Notes under the pieces: model-generated
Seen by the model: the letters and a program-made list of their open reading frames with translations, nothing else
Databases searched by the model: none
What the model was told of the DNA's origin: nothing
Shown: positions 36,388 through 46,946 of the stretch, one piece after another
Position numbering within the stretch: the stretch's first letter is position 1
Layout of the letters: each line of letters opens with the position of its first letter
NCBI GenBank assembly: GCA_051962155.1
Contig: JBQCCO010000203.1
Location: 409 to 64,408, forward strand
Reading direction: 5' to 3'
Source: Leifsonia sp.
GTDB lineage: Bacteria; Actinomycetota; Actinomycetes; Actinomycetales; Microbacteriaceae
DNA length: 64,000 nt
Translations under genes and position numbers: made by a program

Positions 36388-36525
36388 GGGATGCGGTGGT
36401 CCGGCCACCGCGATGCACTTCTCGGCCCTCGTGTCCGGCTGAGCATCGCACCGGGATGGATGCGCGTCGGCGACGATCGCACCAGTACCATCGAGCGATA
36501 CACGTGAGGTGATGGGGGGCGGGCC

Positions 36526-37428
36526 GTGAGTCCGATCGAGGCTGCGGGAGTGCTGGGGGTGTCGCCGTCGGCGACGCGGGACGAGGTGCTGCAGGCGTAC
36601 GCGGTGCGGCTCAGCGAGGCGGGAGCCGACCAGACGCGACGGGATGCGGTGACGGCGGCGCGGGACGCGTTGCTCACCGCGACGTCCTGGCAGCTGCCGG
36701 CGCCGCCCGCGTCGGTCGTGCCGCAGCAACAGCCGCAGTCGCAGCAGCCGCCGTCCGCGCAGCAGCCCGTCTTCGCGCAGCCGACGTTTGCCCCGCCCGC
36801 TCCGCGGCATTCCGCATCACCGAGCGGTCCGTACCCGTACCCCGGGGGTCCGTACCCCGGGGCTCCGTATCCCGGCCACCCCCAGGCTGCTCCGCCTCCG
36901 CCCGGCCCGCCCTACGCCGGGCCCGGTGCGCCCGGCCCGTGGTACCCGGGGCCGCCGCCGCGTCGCCGCCTCTCGACCGGCGCGATCGTGGGGATCACCG
37001 TGGGCGGCATCGCGGGCGGTCTCGTCATCCTGCTGGTGGCGGTGTTCGCGATCGCCTCGATCGGCGACAGCACCCGTCGCCTGGCCGAGTCGGGGAGCAG
37101 CAGTTCGGCACCGTACTCCCCGCCGTCGGACACGCCGTCGCCCAGTCCCTCCGACGGCAGCACCGATCCGGCGACGGAGGACTACGACGTCGACGGAGTC
37201 CACGTGCACTACGTCGACGGCTGGACCTTCGAGCTCACTCCGACCCGCTCGTGCGAGGGCGCGACGATCACCGCCGGGTTCGCGGACAGCGTCGACGGCG
37301 ACACTCTGGACGAGTGGACCGTCACCGCCGACCTGAAGGCCGCCGTGCCGTACGAGCTGACCATTCCGGACAGCGCCTCCACCCACCAGTACGTGGGAAT
37401 CGACTCGATCGACTGCACCCAGACCTGA
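36526..37428 (+). CDS. Membrane protein: J-domain-like N-terminus without HPD, Pro/Gln-rich linker, TM helix, extracytoplasmic domain
   Basis: [24 protein letters not shown] resembles J-domain helix I-II, but no HPD tripeptide follows. [18 protein letters not shown] repeats. TM helix [23 protein letters not shown]. Confidence 0.6.
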   Translation: MSPIEAAGVLGVSPSATRDEVLQAYAVRLSEAGADQTRRDAVTAARDALLTATSWQLPAPPASVVPQQQPQSQQPPSAQQPVFAQPTFAPPAPRHSASPSGPYPYPGGPYPGAPYPGHPQAAPPPPGPPYAGPGAPGPWYPGPPPRRRLSTGAIVGITVGGIAGGLVILLVAVFAIASIGDSTRRLAESGSSSSAPYSPPSDTPSPSPSDGSTDPATEDYDVDGVHVHYVDGWTFELTPTRSCEGATITAGFADSVDGDTLDEWTVTADLKAAVPYELTIPDSASTHQYVGIDSIDCTQT

Positions 37429-37452
37429 TCCGAATTCATCCTCAACACAAGA

Positions 37453-37481
37453 TTCACAAATTACTGAATACGGTGTAGCAT
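37453..37481 (+). promoter_or_regulatory. Candidate sigma-70-type promoter that would give a leaderless mRNA for the ABC exporter operon
   Basis: TTCACA, 17-nt spacer, TAGCAT. The -10 ends 8 nt before the ATG at 37490. No SD is present. Locally AT-rich. Confidence 0.4.
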
Positions 37482-37489
37482 CCCGTTTC

Positions 37490-38446
37490 ATGGATTCAGT
37501 GATCGACGTCGCGGGCCTCGAGAAGAGATTCGGCCGCGTACGTGCCCTTGACGGCCTCGACCTGGCGGTGACGGCGGGCGAGGTCCACGGCTTCCTCGGT
37601 CCCAACGGAGCGGGCAAGTCCACGACCATCCGCGTGCTCCTCGGCCTCGCCCGGGCGGACGGCGGCCAGGCGACCGTGTTCGGCGGCGACCCGTGGAGGG
37701 ATGCCGTCGCCCTGCATCGCCGGCTCGCCTACGTCCCCGGCGACGTGAGCCTGTGGCCCAACCTCTCCGGCGGCGAGGCCATCGACCTGCTCGCCCGGCT
37801 CCGCGGCGGCACCGCCGACCGCTCCGGGTACGCCGCCCGCAAGAAGCGGCTGATGGATGTCTTCCAGTTCGACCCGACGAAGAAGGGCCGCGCCTACTCC
37901 AAGGGCAACCGGCAGAAGGTCGCGCTCATCGCCGCCTTCGCCACGCCGGCCGACCTCTACATCCTCGACGAGCCCACCAGTGGGCTCGACCCGCTCATGG
38001 AGGCGGTCTTCGACGCCGAGATCGAGCGGGTCGCGGGCGAGGGCGCGACCGTGCTTCTGTCGAGCCACATCCTGTCCGAGGTGGAGCAGCTGTGCGACCG
38101 GGTCAGCATCATCCGTGCCGGCCGGACGGTGGAGACGGGGACGCTCGACGAGCTGCGGCACCTGACCCGCACCGAGGTCGCCTTCAGCGCTGACGGCGTG
38201 GCCGCCGACGCCCTGTCGCAGCTGCCCGGCGCGCACGACCTTCAGGTGCAGAACGGGCGCGTGCGCTTCACGGCGGACAGCGACGCGCTGCCTCCGCTCC
38301 TCGCGGCGCTCTCGCGCATCCCGGTGAGAGGGCTGACCGTCGCACCGCCGTCCCTCGAGGAACTGTTCCTGCGGCACTACGGCGACGACCTGTCGGAGGA
38401 TGCGGTCGCGAGCGAGACAGCGGCGCGGGTCGAGGTGGCGCGATGA
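37490..38446 (+). CDS. ABC transporter ATP-binding protein (ABC-2/DrrA-like)
   Basis: Walker [10 protein letters not shown], signature LSGGEA/NRQKV region, Walker [13 protein letters not shown]. Confidence 0.9.
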   Translation: MDSVIDVAGLEKRFGRVRALDGLDLAVTAGEVHGFLGPNGAGKSTTIRVLLGLARADGGQATVFGGDPWRDAVALHRRLAYVPGDVSLWPNLSGGEAIDLLARLRGGTADRSGYAARKKRLMDVFQFDPTKKGRAYSKGNRQKVALIAAFATPADLYILDEPTSGLDPLMEAVFDAEIERVAGEGATVLLSSHILSEVEQLCDRVSIIRAGRTVETGTLDELRHLTRTEVAFSADGVAADALSQLPGAHDLQVQNGRVRFTADSDALPPLLAALSRIPVRGLTVAPPSLEELFLRHYGDDLSEDAVASETAARVEVAR

Positions 38447-40137
38447 GCACGGCGACCGCCCGGGTCGAGCCGAAGACCCTGCACGCCCGGACGCCGCGCG
38501 TTCGCACCGGCGCGACGATCCGCGCGCTGATCCGCCAGCGGCTGCGGCGCGACCGCTGGCAGCTGCTGATCTGGCTGCTCTGCATCCCGCTCCTGGCCCT
38601 GTTCTCAGCGGTCAGCATCCACCAGACCTTCGGAAGCGACGCGAGCCGGGTCCAGCTGATCCGGCTGGCGATCGCCGACCCCACCATCCTGGTTCTGCGC
38701 GGACTCCCGCAGGGCACGAGCCTCGCCTCGGTCACGTTCTTCGAGATCTTCTCCTTCCTCGCACTGCTCGCCGGCCTGATGAACACGTTCCTGGCGGTGC
38801 GCCACTCCCGGGCGGAGGAGGAGTCGGGTCGCGCCGAGCTGATCGCCTCGACCGCGGCCGGCCGGCTGCTCCCGACGGCCGCAACGGTCATCTACGCGAC
38901 CCTCGTCAACGTCGTCCTCGCGGTGCTGACGGCATGCGGGTTCGCCGTCGCCGGTCTCCCGCTCGCCGGGTCGTTCGTGGCGGGAGCGGCGACGGGAGGC
39001 GCCGGGCTCGCGTTCTTCGCCGTCGGGCTCCTCCTCGCGCAGGTGTTCAGCACCTCCCGCGGGGCCAACGGCTTCTCGTCGGCCGTGGTCGTGCTCGCCT
39101 TCCTGCTCCGCGGCATCGGGGATTCGACCGGCACCGTGTTCGGCGACGGCACCCACGTGCGGTCCGCCTGGCCCACCTGGCTGAGCCCGATCGGCTGGGG
39201 TGAGCAGTTCGCCCCGTACACCGCCGACGACCTGCGACCGCTGCTGCTGCAGCTCGGACTGGCGGCGGTGCTCGTGCTGGCGGTCTTCGCCCTGCAGGCG
39301 GTCCGCGACACCGGTGCCGGCATCATCCCGGAGCGGGCCGGACGCGCCGACGCCGCCGCGACGCTCTCGGGAACGTTGGGACTGGCCTGGCGGCTGCAGT
39401 GGCCGACCGTTCTCGGGTGGGCTCTCGGCGGCGCACTGACCGGCCTCCTCGCCGGCGCCCTCGGCAGCATCGTCGGCAGCTCGATCGCGAACGACCCGAG
39501 CCTCTCAGGCATCCGGGATGCCATCGGGCACATCGGCGCGGGCGGGTCCGGTCCACTCACCCAGCTCTTCATCGCGGCGATCTTCTCCATCGTGGGCGTC
39601 TTGGCCGCCGCATGTGCGGTGCAGGCGGTGGTCCGCCTGCGCCAGGAGGAAGCCGCCGGGACGGCCGAGCTGCTCCTGGCCACCCCGGTGTCCCGGGCGC
39701 GCTGGTTGTTCTCCTTCGTCGTGGTCGGCCTCATCGCGGTCGTGGCCGTGCTGCTGGCCGCGGCCGTCGCCTCCGGTCTGTCGGCCGTCGCTGCCGGAGC
39801 GGATGCCTCCACCATCGGCGACTCCTTCGCAGCGGCGACTGCACAGCTGCCGGTCGCCCTCGTCTACCTCGGCGTGCTGACCCTGCTCTTCGTCGTGCTG
39901 CCGAGCTGGACCGTGCCGGTCGCGTGGGCGACGCTCGGCGTGGGCGCGTTCGTGGGCATCTTCGGCGGCTTGATGAACTTCCCCGACGCGATCCGCCACT
40001 TGTCGCCGTTCGCCGATGCGCCCGTCGTGGTCGGTTCGGTGGACTGGACGGGGGGATACTGGATGCTCGGCATCACAGCTGCCGCCCTTCTCGCGGCTGC
40101 TGCGCTGATCCGCCGACGAGACTTCGCCATCGGATAG
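38443..40137 (+). CDS. ABC-2-type exporter permease (12-TM fused type)
   Basis: ATGA overlap with the ATPase gene. Long multi-TM protein. Confidence 0.8.
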   Translation: MSTATARVEPKTLHARTPRVRTGATIRALIRQRLRRDRWQLLIWLLCIPLLALFSAVSIHQTFGSDASRVQLIRLAIADPTILVLRGLPQGTSLASVTFFEIFSFLALLAGLMNTFLAVRHSRAEEESGRAELIASTAAGRLLPTAATVIYATLVNVVLAVLTACGFAVAGLPLAGSFVAGAATGGAGLAFFAVGLLLAQVFSTSRGANGFSSAVVVLAFLLRGIGDSTGTVFGDGTHVRSAWPTWLSPIGWGEQFAPYTADDLRPLLLQLGLAAVLVLAVFALQAVRDTGAGIIPERAGRADAAATLSGTLGLAWRLQWPTVLGWALGGALTGLLAGALGSIVGSSIANDPSLSGIRDAIGHIGAGGSGPLTQLFIAAIFSIVGVLAAACAVQAVVRLRQEEAAGTAELLLATPVSRARWLFSFVVVGLIAVVAVLLAAAVASGLSAVAAGADASTIGDSFAAATAQLPVALVYLGVLTLLFVVLPSWTVPVAWATLGVGAFVGIFGGLMNFPDAIRHLSPFADAPVVVGSVDWTGGYWMLGITAAALLAAAALIRRRDFAIG

Positions 40138-40168
40138 CTGGTGCCAACGGAAAGACGGGACGGTCTCC

Positions 40169-40642
40169 ATGGCCAGAGATGAGGCGGCGCTCGCCGAGGT
40201 GCTGGAGCATTCGGCTGCCGTCCTGACCGCCGCAGGCTTCCCCAAGATGCCGGCGCGCGTCCTCATGGCCCTCACGGTCACCGAGGCGCCGGGGCTCACG
40301 GCGGCCGAGCTGGCCGCCCGCCTGGAGGCCAGCCCGGCCGCCATCTCCGGTGCCGTCCGCTACCTCTCGACGCTGGGCATCATCCGTCGCCTCTCTCAGG
40401 CGGGAAGCCGCCGCGACCGCTACGAGCTCCCCAGCGACTGGTACTCCCTCATGGTGCGCAACAGCCCGATCTACGGCGTCCTCGCCGAGCAGGCCGAGGC
40501 GGGTCTCGCCGCCGTCGGCGATCCGGCTTCGCCGGCCACCGAGAGGCTGTCCGACATGGCGGGCTTCTACCGTTTCATCCAGGTCCGGCTCCCCGAGCTC
40601 ATCGCCGAGTGGGAGCGGGTGCGCGCCGCGCGCGAGCAGTGA
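40169..40642 (+). CDS. MarR/GbsR-like winged-helix transcriptional regulator
   Basis: FPKMPARVLMALTVTEAPGLTAAELAARLEASPAAISGAVRYLSTLGIIRR. Confidence 0.75.
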   Translation: MARDEAALAEVLEHSAAVLTAAGFPKMPARVLMALTVTEAPGLTAAELAARLEASPAAISGAVRYLSTLGIIRRLSQAGSRRDRYELPSDWYSLMVRNSPIYGVLAEQAEAGLAAVGDPASPATERLSDMAGFYRFIQVRLPELIAEWERVRAAREQ

Positions 40643-40724
40643 GCCGCTGAGCCGGTAGCCGCTGGGCCGCTGGGCCGGTGCCCCGGTGCCCCGCCGCCCC
40701 GGTGCCCCGCCGCCCCGCTGGGCC

Positions 40725-40743
40725 GGTGGGCGCGACGCCCACC
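40725..40743 (+). terminator. Short GC hairpin after the regulator gene
   Basis: GGTGGGCG-cga-CGCCCACC, with no U-tract. Confidence 0.3.
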
Positions 40744-40908
40744 GACCCACCCGTGTAACCGTCCATTCATGCACTGTTCGGTTGACCCCCTGATGGGGGT
40801 ACGCGAGTGTCGGACGTGGCCCCCCGGCCCGCCATCGGTGAGATGCCTTCGTGCTCTCAGGACCGATGAGCGTCTTCTCGGCACCACGGATCCTGAAAGG
40901 CACGTGAC

Positions 40909-43779
40909 ATGCACGGCACTCCACCCCGGCGTAAACGCTCCGGTCTTCGTCGCATCACCTCGTTCGCCGCGGGGCATCGCATCCTCGCCATCACAGCGGC
41001 CGGCTGCGCCCTCGCTCTCCTGGGTGGCGGCGTCGCCACCGCCTCGACGCTCGCACTCGGCGACCGGCAGGTGGGGACCGCGTACCCCGACGGCCAGGTC
41101 GTCGCGTCCGGCCAGACCCTCCAGCCGATCGGCGATCGCGTCATGACGCCGTTCGGCAAGCTGATGGGCTCGGTCGTCAGCCCCGACGGCCGTTATCTTG
41201 TCGGGACGAGCGCCGACCGCTCGGTCGACCTCCAGGTGTTCGATCTGAACAGCTACAAGCCGGTCGCGGCGGCGGGCACTCTCGCGGCGGCCTCCTTCGC
41301 CACGGCGGCCACCAACGCGGGCTACGGGAACATGGCGTACCTGAAGATCTCCGACGGCTCGGTCGGCCAGGAGGGCCCGGTCTTCTCGCCCGACGGCAAG
41401 TTCCTCTTCGAGCCGGTCGCCACGGGCATCGTCCGCTATCCGTTCAACGCCGACGGGTCGCTCGGCGCGGGCACCACGATCAGCATCCCGACCGTCGGCG
41501 GTCTCGAGGCTCTCACCGCCGGGATGGCCTTCTCCCCGGACGGCTCGACGCTGTACGCGGCGGTCAACGGGCAGAACACCGTCGTCGTGATCGATCCGGC
41601 CAGCGGCACCATCCTGCGCAGCTTCGCCGTCGGGATCGCGCCCCGCCAGTTGACCTTCGCCGGCGGCAAGCTCTACGTCGCCGACGAGGGCGGTCGACAG
41701 GCGGTCGCCGGCGACGCGACGATGGGCTCGTACGGGACGCAGGTTCCGGCGGACACCACGCTGGGCACCTCCACCACCGGCACGGTCAGTGTGATCGACA
41801 CGGCGAATCCCTCTGCCGCGGTCGCGACCATCCCGGTCCAGCTGCACCCCACGGCGATGCACCTCGACGGCACGACGCTCTACGTCGTCAACACCAACAG
41901 CGACACCGTCTCGGTCATCGACACGACGTCAGGCACGGTCGCCCAGACGATCGCGACGCAGCCCTGGGCGTCCTCCACCACGGGCTACCAGCCGACGGGG
42001 ATCACCCAGCAGGGCGACCACCTGCTGGTCTCCCTCGGCAGCGCCAATGCGATCGCGGTCTACACCGTCGACCGAAAGGACCCCCGCGACCCGGCCAGCT
42101 TCATCGGCCTCCTGCCGACGGACTACTTCCCCGAGAACGTCGCGACGGCCGGGGGCAAGATCGTCGTCACCAACACCCGCGGGATCGACGCGCGCGGCCC
42201 GGCGCTGACGTTCAACAAAGGCACCGGTACGACGCCGGCGACCGGGCACGGGACGCACTCGACCACGGCATCCCTCACGCGGTTCACGCTCCCGAGCGAC
42301 AAGGAGATCCGCGCCTACACCGGCAAGGTGTTCGCGCAGAACGGCTGGGACGGCAAGTCGGTGCTCCAGGCGCAGGGCGACGGCGGCAACGCGCTGAAGG
42401 CGATCCCGAAGCGGGTCGGCGACCCGTCGGCGATCAAGCACGTGTTCCTGCTCGTGAAGGAGAACCGCAGCTACGACCAGCTGTACGGCGACATGAAGCA
42501 GGGCAACGGGGATGCGTCCCTCGCCCAGTTCGGCGCGAAGGTGACGCCCAACCAGCACGCCCTCGCCAGCCAGTTCGGGCTGTACGACAACACGTACGAC
42601 ATCGGGACGAACTCCGCCGAAGGCCACAACTGGCTGATGCAGGGCGACAACACGGCCTACACCGAGACCAGCGCCGGTGAGTACACCCGCTCGTACGACA
42701 CGGAAGAGGATGTGCTCGGCCACCAGCGGTCCGGCTTCCTCTGGAACTCGGTCCAGAGCGCGGGCAAGTCCGCGAAGAACTTCGGCGAGTTCGAGTACGG
42801 CGAGGGCAAGCCGGCCGGTGCCACCTGGCAGCAGTACTACTGCACGGCGAAGGATGCGATGAGCGGCGGCGACCCGTCGAAGCTGTTCGATCCGTCGCTG
42901 CAGCTGCACGCGAGCTCCGCCATCCCGTCCCTGAACGCGATCACCGACCCCAATGCCGCGCCGTTCGACTTGGCCGTGCCGGACATCTACCGGTACGAGA
43001 CGTGGAAGCAGGACTTCGAGAAGAACGGTCCGGCCAACTTCAACATGGTCTGGCTCTCCAGCGACCACACCGGTGGGACCGCCGACCCGGAGGCTCAGGT
43101 CGCCGACAACGACCTCGCCGTCGGCAAGATCGTCGACGAGATCTCGCACTCGCCGTACTGGAAGGACTCGGCGATCTTCGTCGCCGAGGACGACACGCAG
43201 GACGGCGCGGACCACGTCGACGGCCACCGCGCCCCGGTGCAGGTGATCAGCCCCTACGCGGTCCACGGCAAGACGGTCAGCACGTTCTACTCGCAGATCA
43301 GCATGATCCGGACGATCGAGCAGATCCTGGGCGCCCAGCCGCTGAACCAGAAGATCGCGGCGGCGACCCCGATGGAGGATGCCTTCACCGACAAGGCCGA
43401 CCTCACCCCGTACACCGCCGTGGCGAACACGGTGCCGCTCACCGAGGGCGTCGTCACCGCGCCGGCCTGTGGCTACGACACGCTCGGAGCCACGGGACCG
43501 CAGGCGGATGCCGTGAACAAGGCCGCAGCGAAGGCGGCCGAGATCCCCGCGGCCGAGCAGGCGACGGCGGCGGAGTGGCAGAAGTGGGCCGAGAAGCAGC
43601 ACTTCACCGGAACGGCGAAGCACTCGGCTATCCCGGACTACGATAACCCGCAGCTGATGAACCGCTGGACCTGGTATCAGACGCACCACTGGACCTCGCC
43701 CTATCCGGGCGACGCGAAGATCTACGGTCCGGATGACGTGCCGGGCATCCCGGCGGGCGCCACCGGCGACGGCGACTGA
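40909..43779 (+). CDS. Bifunctional YncE-like beta-propeller / phosphoesterase (PlcC/AcpA, alkaline-phosphatase superfamily) secreted protein
   Basis: Signal/TAT-like N-terminus. YVTN-type repeats (SPDG..LY....NTVSVID). C-terminal IKHVFLLVKENRSYDQLYGD and SDHTGG...EDDTQDGADHVDGHR motifs of the phosphoesterase family. Confidence 0.8.
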   Translation: MHGTPPRRKRSGLRRITSFAAGHRILAITAAGCALALLGGGVATASTLALGDRQVGTAYPDGQVVASGQTLQPIGDRVMTPFGKLMGSVVSPDGRYLVGTSADRSVDLQVFDLNSYKPVAAAGTLAAASFATAATNAGYGNMAYLKISDGSVGQEGPVFSPDGKFLFEPVATGIVRYPFNADGSLGAGTTISIPTVGGLEALTAGMAFSPDGSTLYAAVNGQNTVVVIDPASGTILRSFAVGIAPRQLTFAGGKLYVADEGGRQAVAGDATMGSYGTQVPADTTLGTSTTGTVSVIDTANPSAAVATIPVQLHPTAMHLDGTTLYVVNTNSDTVSVIDTTSGTVAQTIATQPWASSTTGYQPTGITQQGDHLLVSLGSANAIAVYTVDRKDPRDPASFIGLLPTDYFPENVATAGGKIVVTNTRGIDARGPALTFNKGTGTTPATGHGTHSTTASLTRFTLPSDKEIRAYTGKVFAQNGWDGKSVLQAQGDGGNALKAIPKRVGDPSAIKHVFLLVKENRSYDQLYGDMKQGNGDASLAQFGAKVTPNQHALASQFGLYDNTYDIGTNSAEGHNWLMQGDNTAYTETSAGEYTRSYDTEEDVLGHQRSGFLWNSVQSAGKSAKNFGEFEYGEGKPAGATWQQYYCTAKDAMSGGDPSKLFDPSLQLHASSAIPSLNAITDPNAAPFDLAVPDIYRYETWKQDFEKNGPANFNMVWLSSDHTGGTADPEAQVADNDLAVGKIVDEISHSPYWKDSAIFVAEDDTQDGADHVDGHRAPVQVISPYAVHGKTVSTFYSQISMIRTIEQILGAQPLNQKIAAATPMEDAFTDKADLTPYTAVANTVPLTEGVVTAPACGYDTLGATGPQADAVNKAAAKAAEIPAAEQATAAEWQKWAEKQHFTGTAKHSAIPDYDNPQLMNRWTWYQTHHWTSPYPGDAKIYGPDDVPGIPAGATGDGD

Positions 43780-43799
43780 CCTCGGCTCGCCGAACACAC

Positions 43800-43831
43800 G
43801 ACGGCCCCGGCGCACACGCGTCGGGGCCGTC
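43800..43831. terminator. 10-bp GC hairpin between convergent genes
   Basis: GACGGCCCCG-gcgcacacgcgt-CGGGGCCGTC. Confidence 0.5.
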
Positions 43832-43870
43832 GGGCGTTCCCGGGCTCGGCGCTCGGCGCCCGACCGGGAC

Positions 43871-44779
43871 TCAGAACACGTACTCGAGCAGGTCGAGCCC
43901 GACGGCCCGCATCCCCTCGATGACAGCGAGACGCTCGGGGAGGCTGGTGTCGTCGAAGTAGGTCGACACGACGTAGGTGACGCCCGCCCGCGGACCGCGC
44001 AGGACGCCGACCTCGCTGCGGACCCCCGCGTCCGTCCCCGTCTTGTTGACCAGCAGGATGCCGTGCTCGGGATGGCGGTGGGAGTGCGGATCGAGGCCGA
44101 AGGCGCTGGACACCAGCGAGAAGTCGCTGTTCAGCGAGAGACACGAGACCACGCGCTGGCTGGTGGCGGGGTTGACGATCTCGCCCCGCGCGAGCGCGGA
44201 GAACAGCCAGGTGAGCTCGTTCGCGCTGCCCACGGAGAGCTGCGGCGCGTCGTCGGGGCCGCGGTGGTCGCGCACCAGGTCGAGGAGCGCCGTGCGCGTG
44301 AGGCCGAGGGATTCGGTGCGGGCGCTCACCGCCTCCAACCCGACCCGCCGCAGCAGGACGTTGGTGGCGAGGTTGTCGCTCGACGCGCCGACGAGGGCGG
44401 CCAGGTCGGCGACGGGGAGGGACGGCACGTGCAGGTGGTGCCAGATGCCCGAGTCGCCGGCGACATCGCGCGGGTCGCGATCGAGGTGCGCGAGGGGACT
44501 CAGCTCGCCCGACTGGAGGCGCGCGGCCACCTCGACGAGAAGCAGCACCTTGCCGATGCTGGCCGTCGGCATGACCACGTGGTCGTCGACCGAGAAGAGT
44601 ACCGTGCCGGTCGCCAGATCGGTCGCCCGGGCGGAGACCTGCACACCGGAGACGGCGAGCCGCCCGAGAGCGTCGAACCCGCGGCTGAACGACTCGGTGG
44701 ACCCAGGAGCGCGATGCCGGCCGCGGCGGGTATTCGCCTGACGGGCCCGGCGTTCGGACTCTTGAGCCTGGATCGTCAC
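43871..44779 (-). CDS. Class A beta-lactamase-related serine hydrolase
   Basis: SIGK (SxxK), SSDN (SDN) and NKTGTD (KTG) motifs in the canonical order. GTG start. Confidence 0.75.
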   Translation of the reverse strand: MTIQAQESERRARQANTRRGRHRAPGSTESFSRGFDALGRLAVSGVQVSARATDLATGTVLFSVDDHVVMPTASIGKVLLLVEVAARLQSGELSPLAHLDRDPRDVAGDSGIWHHLHVPSLPVADLAALVGASSDNLATNVLLRRVGLEAVSARTESLGLTRTALLDLVRDHRGPDDAPQLSVGSANELTWLFSALARGEIVNPATSQRVVSCLSLNSDFSLVSSAFGLDPHSHRHPEHGILLVNKTGTDAGVRSEVGVLRGPRAGVTYVVSTYFDDTSLPERLAVIEGMRAVGLDLLEYVF

Positions 44780-44813
44780 AGTGTCGCTGGGTCTTTCTTC
44801 CGAGTGTCGTGTA

Positions 44814-44868
44814 CCGGAAACCGCGGCGGCCGTGGTCGGCCCCGCTGCCGCCGCCGCGAGGGTTTCCG
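44814..44868 (-). terminator. Imperfect GC-rich hairpin downstream of the M13 peptidase gene
   Basis: CCGGAAACCGCGGCGGC ... GCCGCCGCGAGGGTTTCCG. Confidence 0.35.
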
Positions 44869-44953
44869 CGACAGCGACAGGGACGATGTTACCCCGTGTG
44901 CGGGGGCCATGGAGCGCCGGATCGGCCGAACATCGGACGGATGCGGCGCCGAC

Positions 44954-46930
44954 TCACCAGATCGTGACGCGCTCCTCCGGTGCCAGCCACAGCGCATCGC
45001 CCTCCGACACCTGGAAGGTGTCGTAGAACGCGTCGATGTTGCGGACGATCTGGTTGCAGCGGAACTCGTTCGGAGAGTGCGGGTCGATCGCGAGAAGGCG
45101 GATGACCTCCTCGTCGCGTCCCTTCTGCTGCCAGGCCTGCGCCCACGACAGTAAGAACCGCTCGGAGCCGCTGAGCCCGTCGACGACGGGGGGCTCCTCG
45201 CCGTTCAGCGAGAGCAGGTACGCCTTCCACGCGATGCCCAGGCCGCCCAGGTCGCCGATGTTCTCGCCGATGGTGAGCGCGCCGTTCACGTGGTGGTCCG
45301 GCACCTGCGCCGGCGCGAGCGCGTTGTACTGCTCGATCAGGCTCGCCGTGCGCTTCTCGAAGGCGGCACGATCCGCCTCCGTCCACCAGTCCTCGAGACG
45401 TCCGTCTCCGTCGAACTTGGAGCCCTGGTCGTCGAAGCCGTGCCCGATCTCGTGTCCGATCACGGCGCCGATCGCGCCGTAGTTGGCCGCGGCATCCCGC
45501 TCGGCGTCGAAGAACGGGAACTGCAGGATGGCCGCAGGGAACACGATCTCGTTGAAGCCGGGGTTGTAGTACGCGTTGATCGTCTGCGGGGTCATGAACC
45601 ACTCGTCGCGGTCGATCGGCGAGCCGATCTTGCCCAGTTCGCGGTTGAACTCGAACAGGGCGGCAGCGCGGACGTTCCCGACGAGGTCCGTGGGGTCGAG
45701 CTCGAGGCGGGAGTAGTCGCGCCACTTCACCGGGTAGCCGATCTTCGGCGTGAACTTCTCCAGCTTGTCCAGCGCGCGCCGGCGGGTCTCCGCGCCCATC
45801 CATTCGAGGTTCTGGATGCTCTGCCGGTACGCCTCGATCAGGTTGACGACCAGCGCATCCATCCGGTCCTTCGCCGCCGGCGGGAAGTGCTTCTCGACGT
45901 AGGCGCGGCCGACGGCCTCGCCCATGGCACCCTCGACGAGCGAGACACCGCGCTTCCAGCGGGCCCGCAGCTCCGGGGTTCCGGTCAGCGTCCGGCCGTA
46001 GAAGTCGAAGTTCGCCTCGACGAAGTCGCCCGAGAGGTAGGGCGCGGCGCCGTGGATGACCTGCCAGGCCAGCCAGTCGCGCCACGACTCCAGGCGGTCC
46101 TCGGTGAGGAGGCCCGCCAGCCCGGTGGTGAAGGACGGCTGTCGCAGGACCACCTCGGCCAGCGCGTTCTGCGGAGCGCCGAGCGCCTGTGCCCAGACGT
46201 CGAGGTCTGCCGCCTGGCCCGCGACCGCTCCGCCGTCGAAGAGGGTCGTGGCGTCGGCCCACGAGTGCAGGTTGTACGTCTTCTCGGAGTCGCGCGAGGC
46301 CACGTTGTCCCAGTGATGCGAGGCGATCGCCGTCTCCAGGTCGAAGACGCGCTGCGCCCTGCCCGGCGCGTCGTCGAAGCCGGCGAGCTCGAACATCCGC
46401 TGGATGTGGCCGACGAAAGCCTCACGGATCGGCGCGAAGTGCTCCTCGCGGAAGTACGACTCGTCCGGCAGCGAGATGCCCGACTGCTCGAGGAACACGA
46501 GGTACCGCTCGGGGTCGCCCGGGTCGTTGTCGACGAAGAGCTGGTAGAAGCCGCCGAGCCCACGACGCTCCAGCTTGCCGATCGTCTCGAGGAGGCTCGG
46601 GATGCTGTCGACGCCCTCCGCGAACGTCAGCTCGTCGCGGATGGCCTCGACACCGAGCGCGTCGATGCGGTCCTCGTCCATGAAGCTCGTGAAGAGGTCG
46701 CCGAACTTACGCTCCTCCGTGCCTACCGGCGCGTTCTGGGCCTGCTCGACGATCTCGCGGACCGCGGCCTCCGCCTCCTCCGCCAGGATCATGAACGACC
46801 CCCAGCGGGCCTTGTCGGCCGGAATCTCCGTGCGGGCGATCCACTTGCCGTTCACGTGCCGGAAGAGGTCGTCCTGGGGACGGGTGGCGGGGTCGAGTTC
46901 GTCGGTGCGGATGCCGGAGTCGAGCGTCAT
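44954..46930 (-). CDS. pepO: M13-family zinc metallopeptidase (PepO / endothelin-converting-enzyme-like)
   Basis: NAYYNP, HEIGHGFDDQG (HExxH) and GENIGDLGG motifs. Confidence 0.9.
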   Translation of the reverse strand: MTLDSGIRTDELDPATRPQDDLFRHVNGKWIARTEIPADKARWGSFMILAEEAEAAVREIVEQAQNAPVGTEERKFGDLFTSFMDEDRIDALGVEAIRDELTFAEGVDSIPSLLETIGKLERRGLGGFYQLFVDNDPGDPERYLVFLEQSGISLPDESYFREEHFAPIREAFVGHIQRMFELAGFDDAPGRAQRVFDLETAIASHHWDNVASRDSEKTYNLHSWADATTLFDGGAVAGQAADLDVWAQALGAPQNALAEVVLRQPSFTTGLAGLLTEDRLESWRDWLAWQVIHGAAPYLSGDFVEANFDFYGRTLTGTPELRARWKRGVSLVEGAMGEAVGRAYVEKHFPPAAKDRMDALVVNLIEAYRQSIQNLEWMGAETRRRALDKLEKFTPKIGYPVKWRDYSRLELDPTDLVGNVRAAALFEFNRELGKIGSPIDRDEWFMTPQTINAYYNPGFNEIVFPAAILQFPFFDAERDAAANYGAIGAVIGHEIGHGFDDQGSKFDGDGRLEDWWTEADRAAFEKRTASLIEQYNALAPAQVPDHHVNGALTIGENIGDLGGLGIAWKAYLLSLNGEEPPVVDGLSGSERFLLSWAQAWQQKGRDEEVIRLLAIDPHSPNEFRCNQIVRNIDAFYDTFQVSEGDALWLAPEERVTIW

Positions 46931-46946
46931 GCGCCCAGCCTACGGG

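Noticed and set aside
40741-40800. PHO-box direct repeats (GTTC-type) upstream of the phosphoesterase gene.
   Set aside because: Only isolated GTTC cores (ctGTTCggttgac) are present. There is no convincing 11-nt direct-repeat pair, which is not enough to call.
41929-43815. 628-aa minus-strand ORF.
   Set aside because: It is antisense to the YncE/phosphoesterase gene, which has clear family motifs. Its composition is Arg/Val/Gly-rich.
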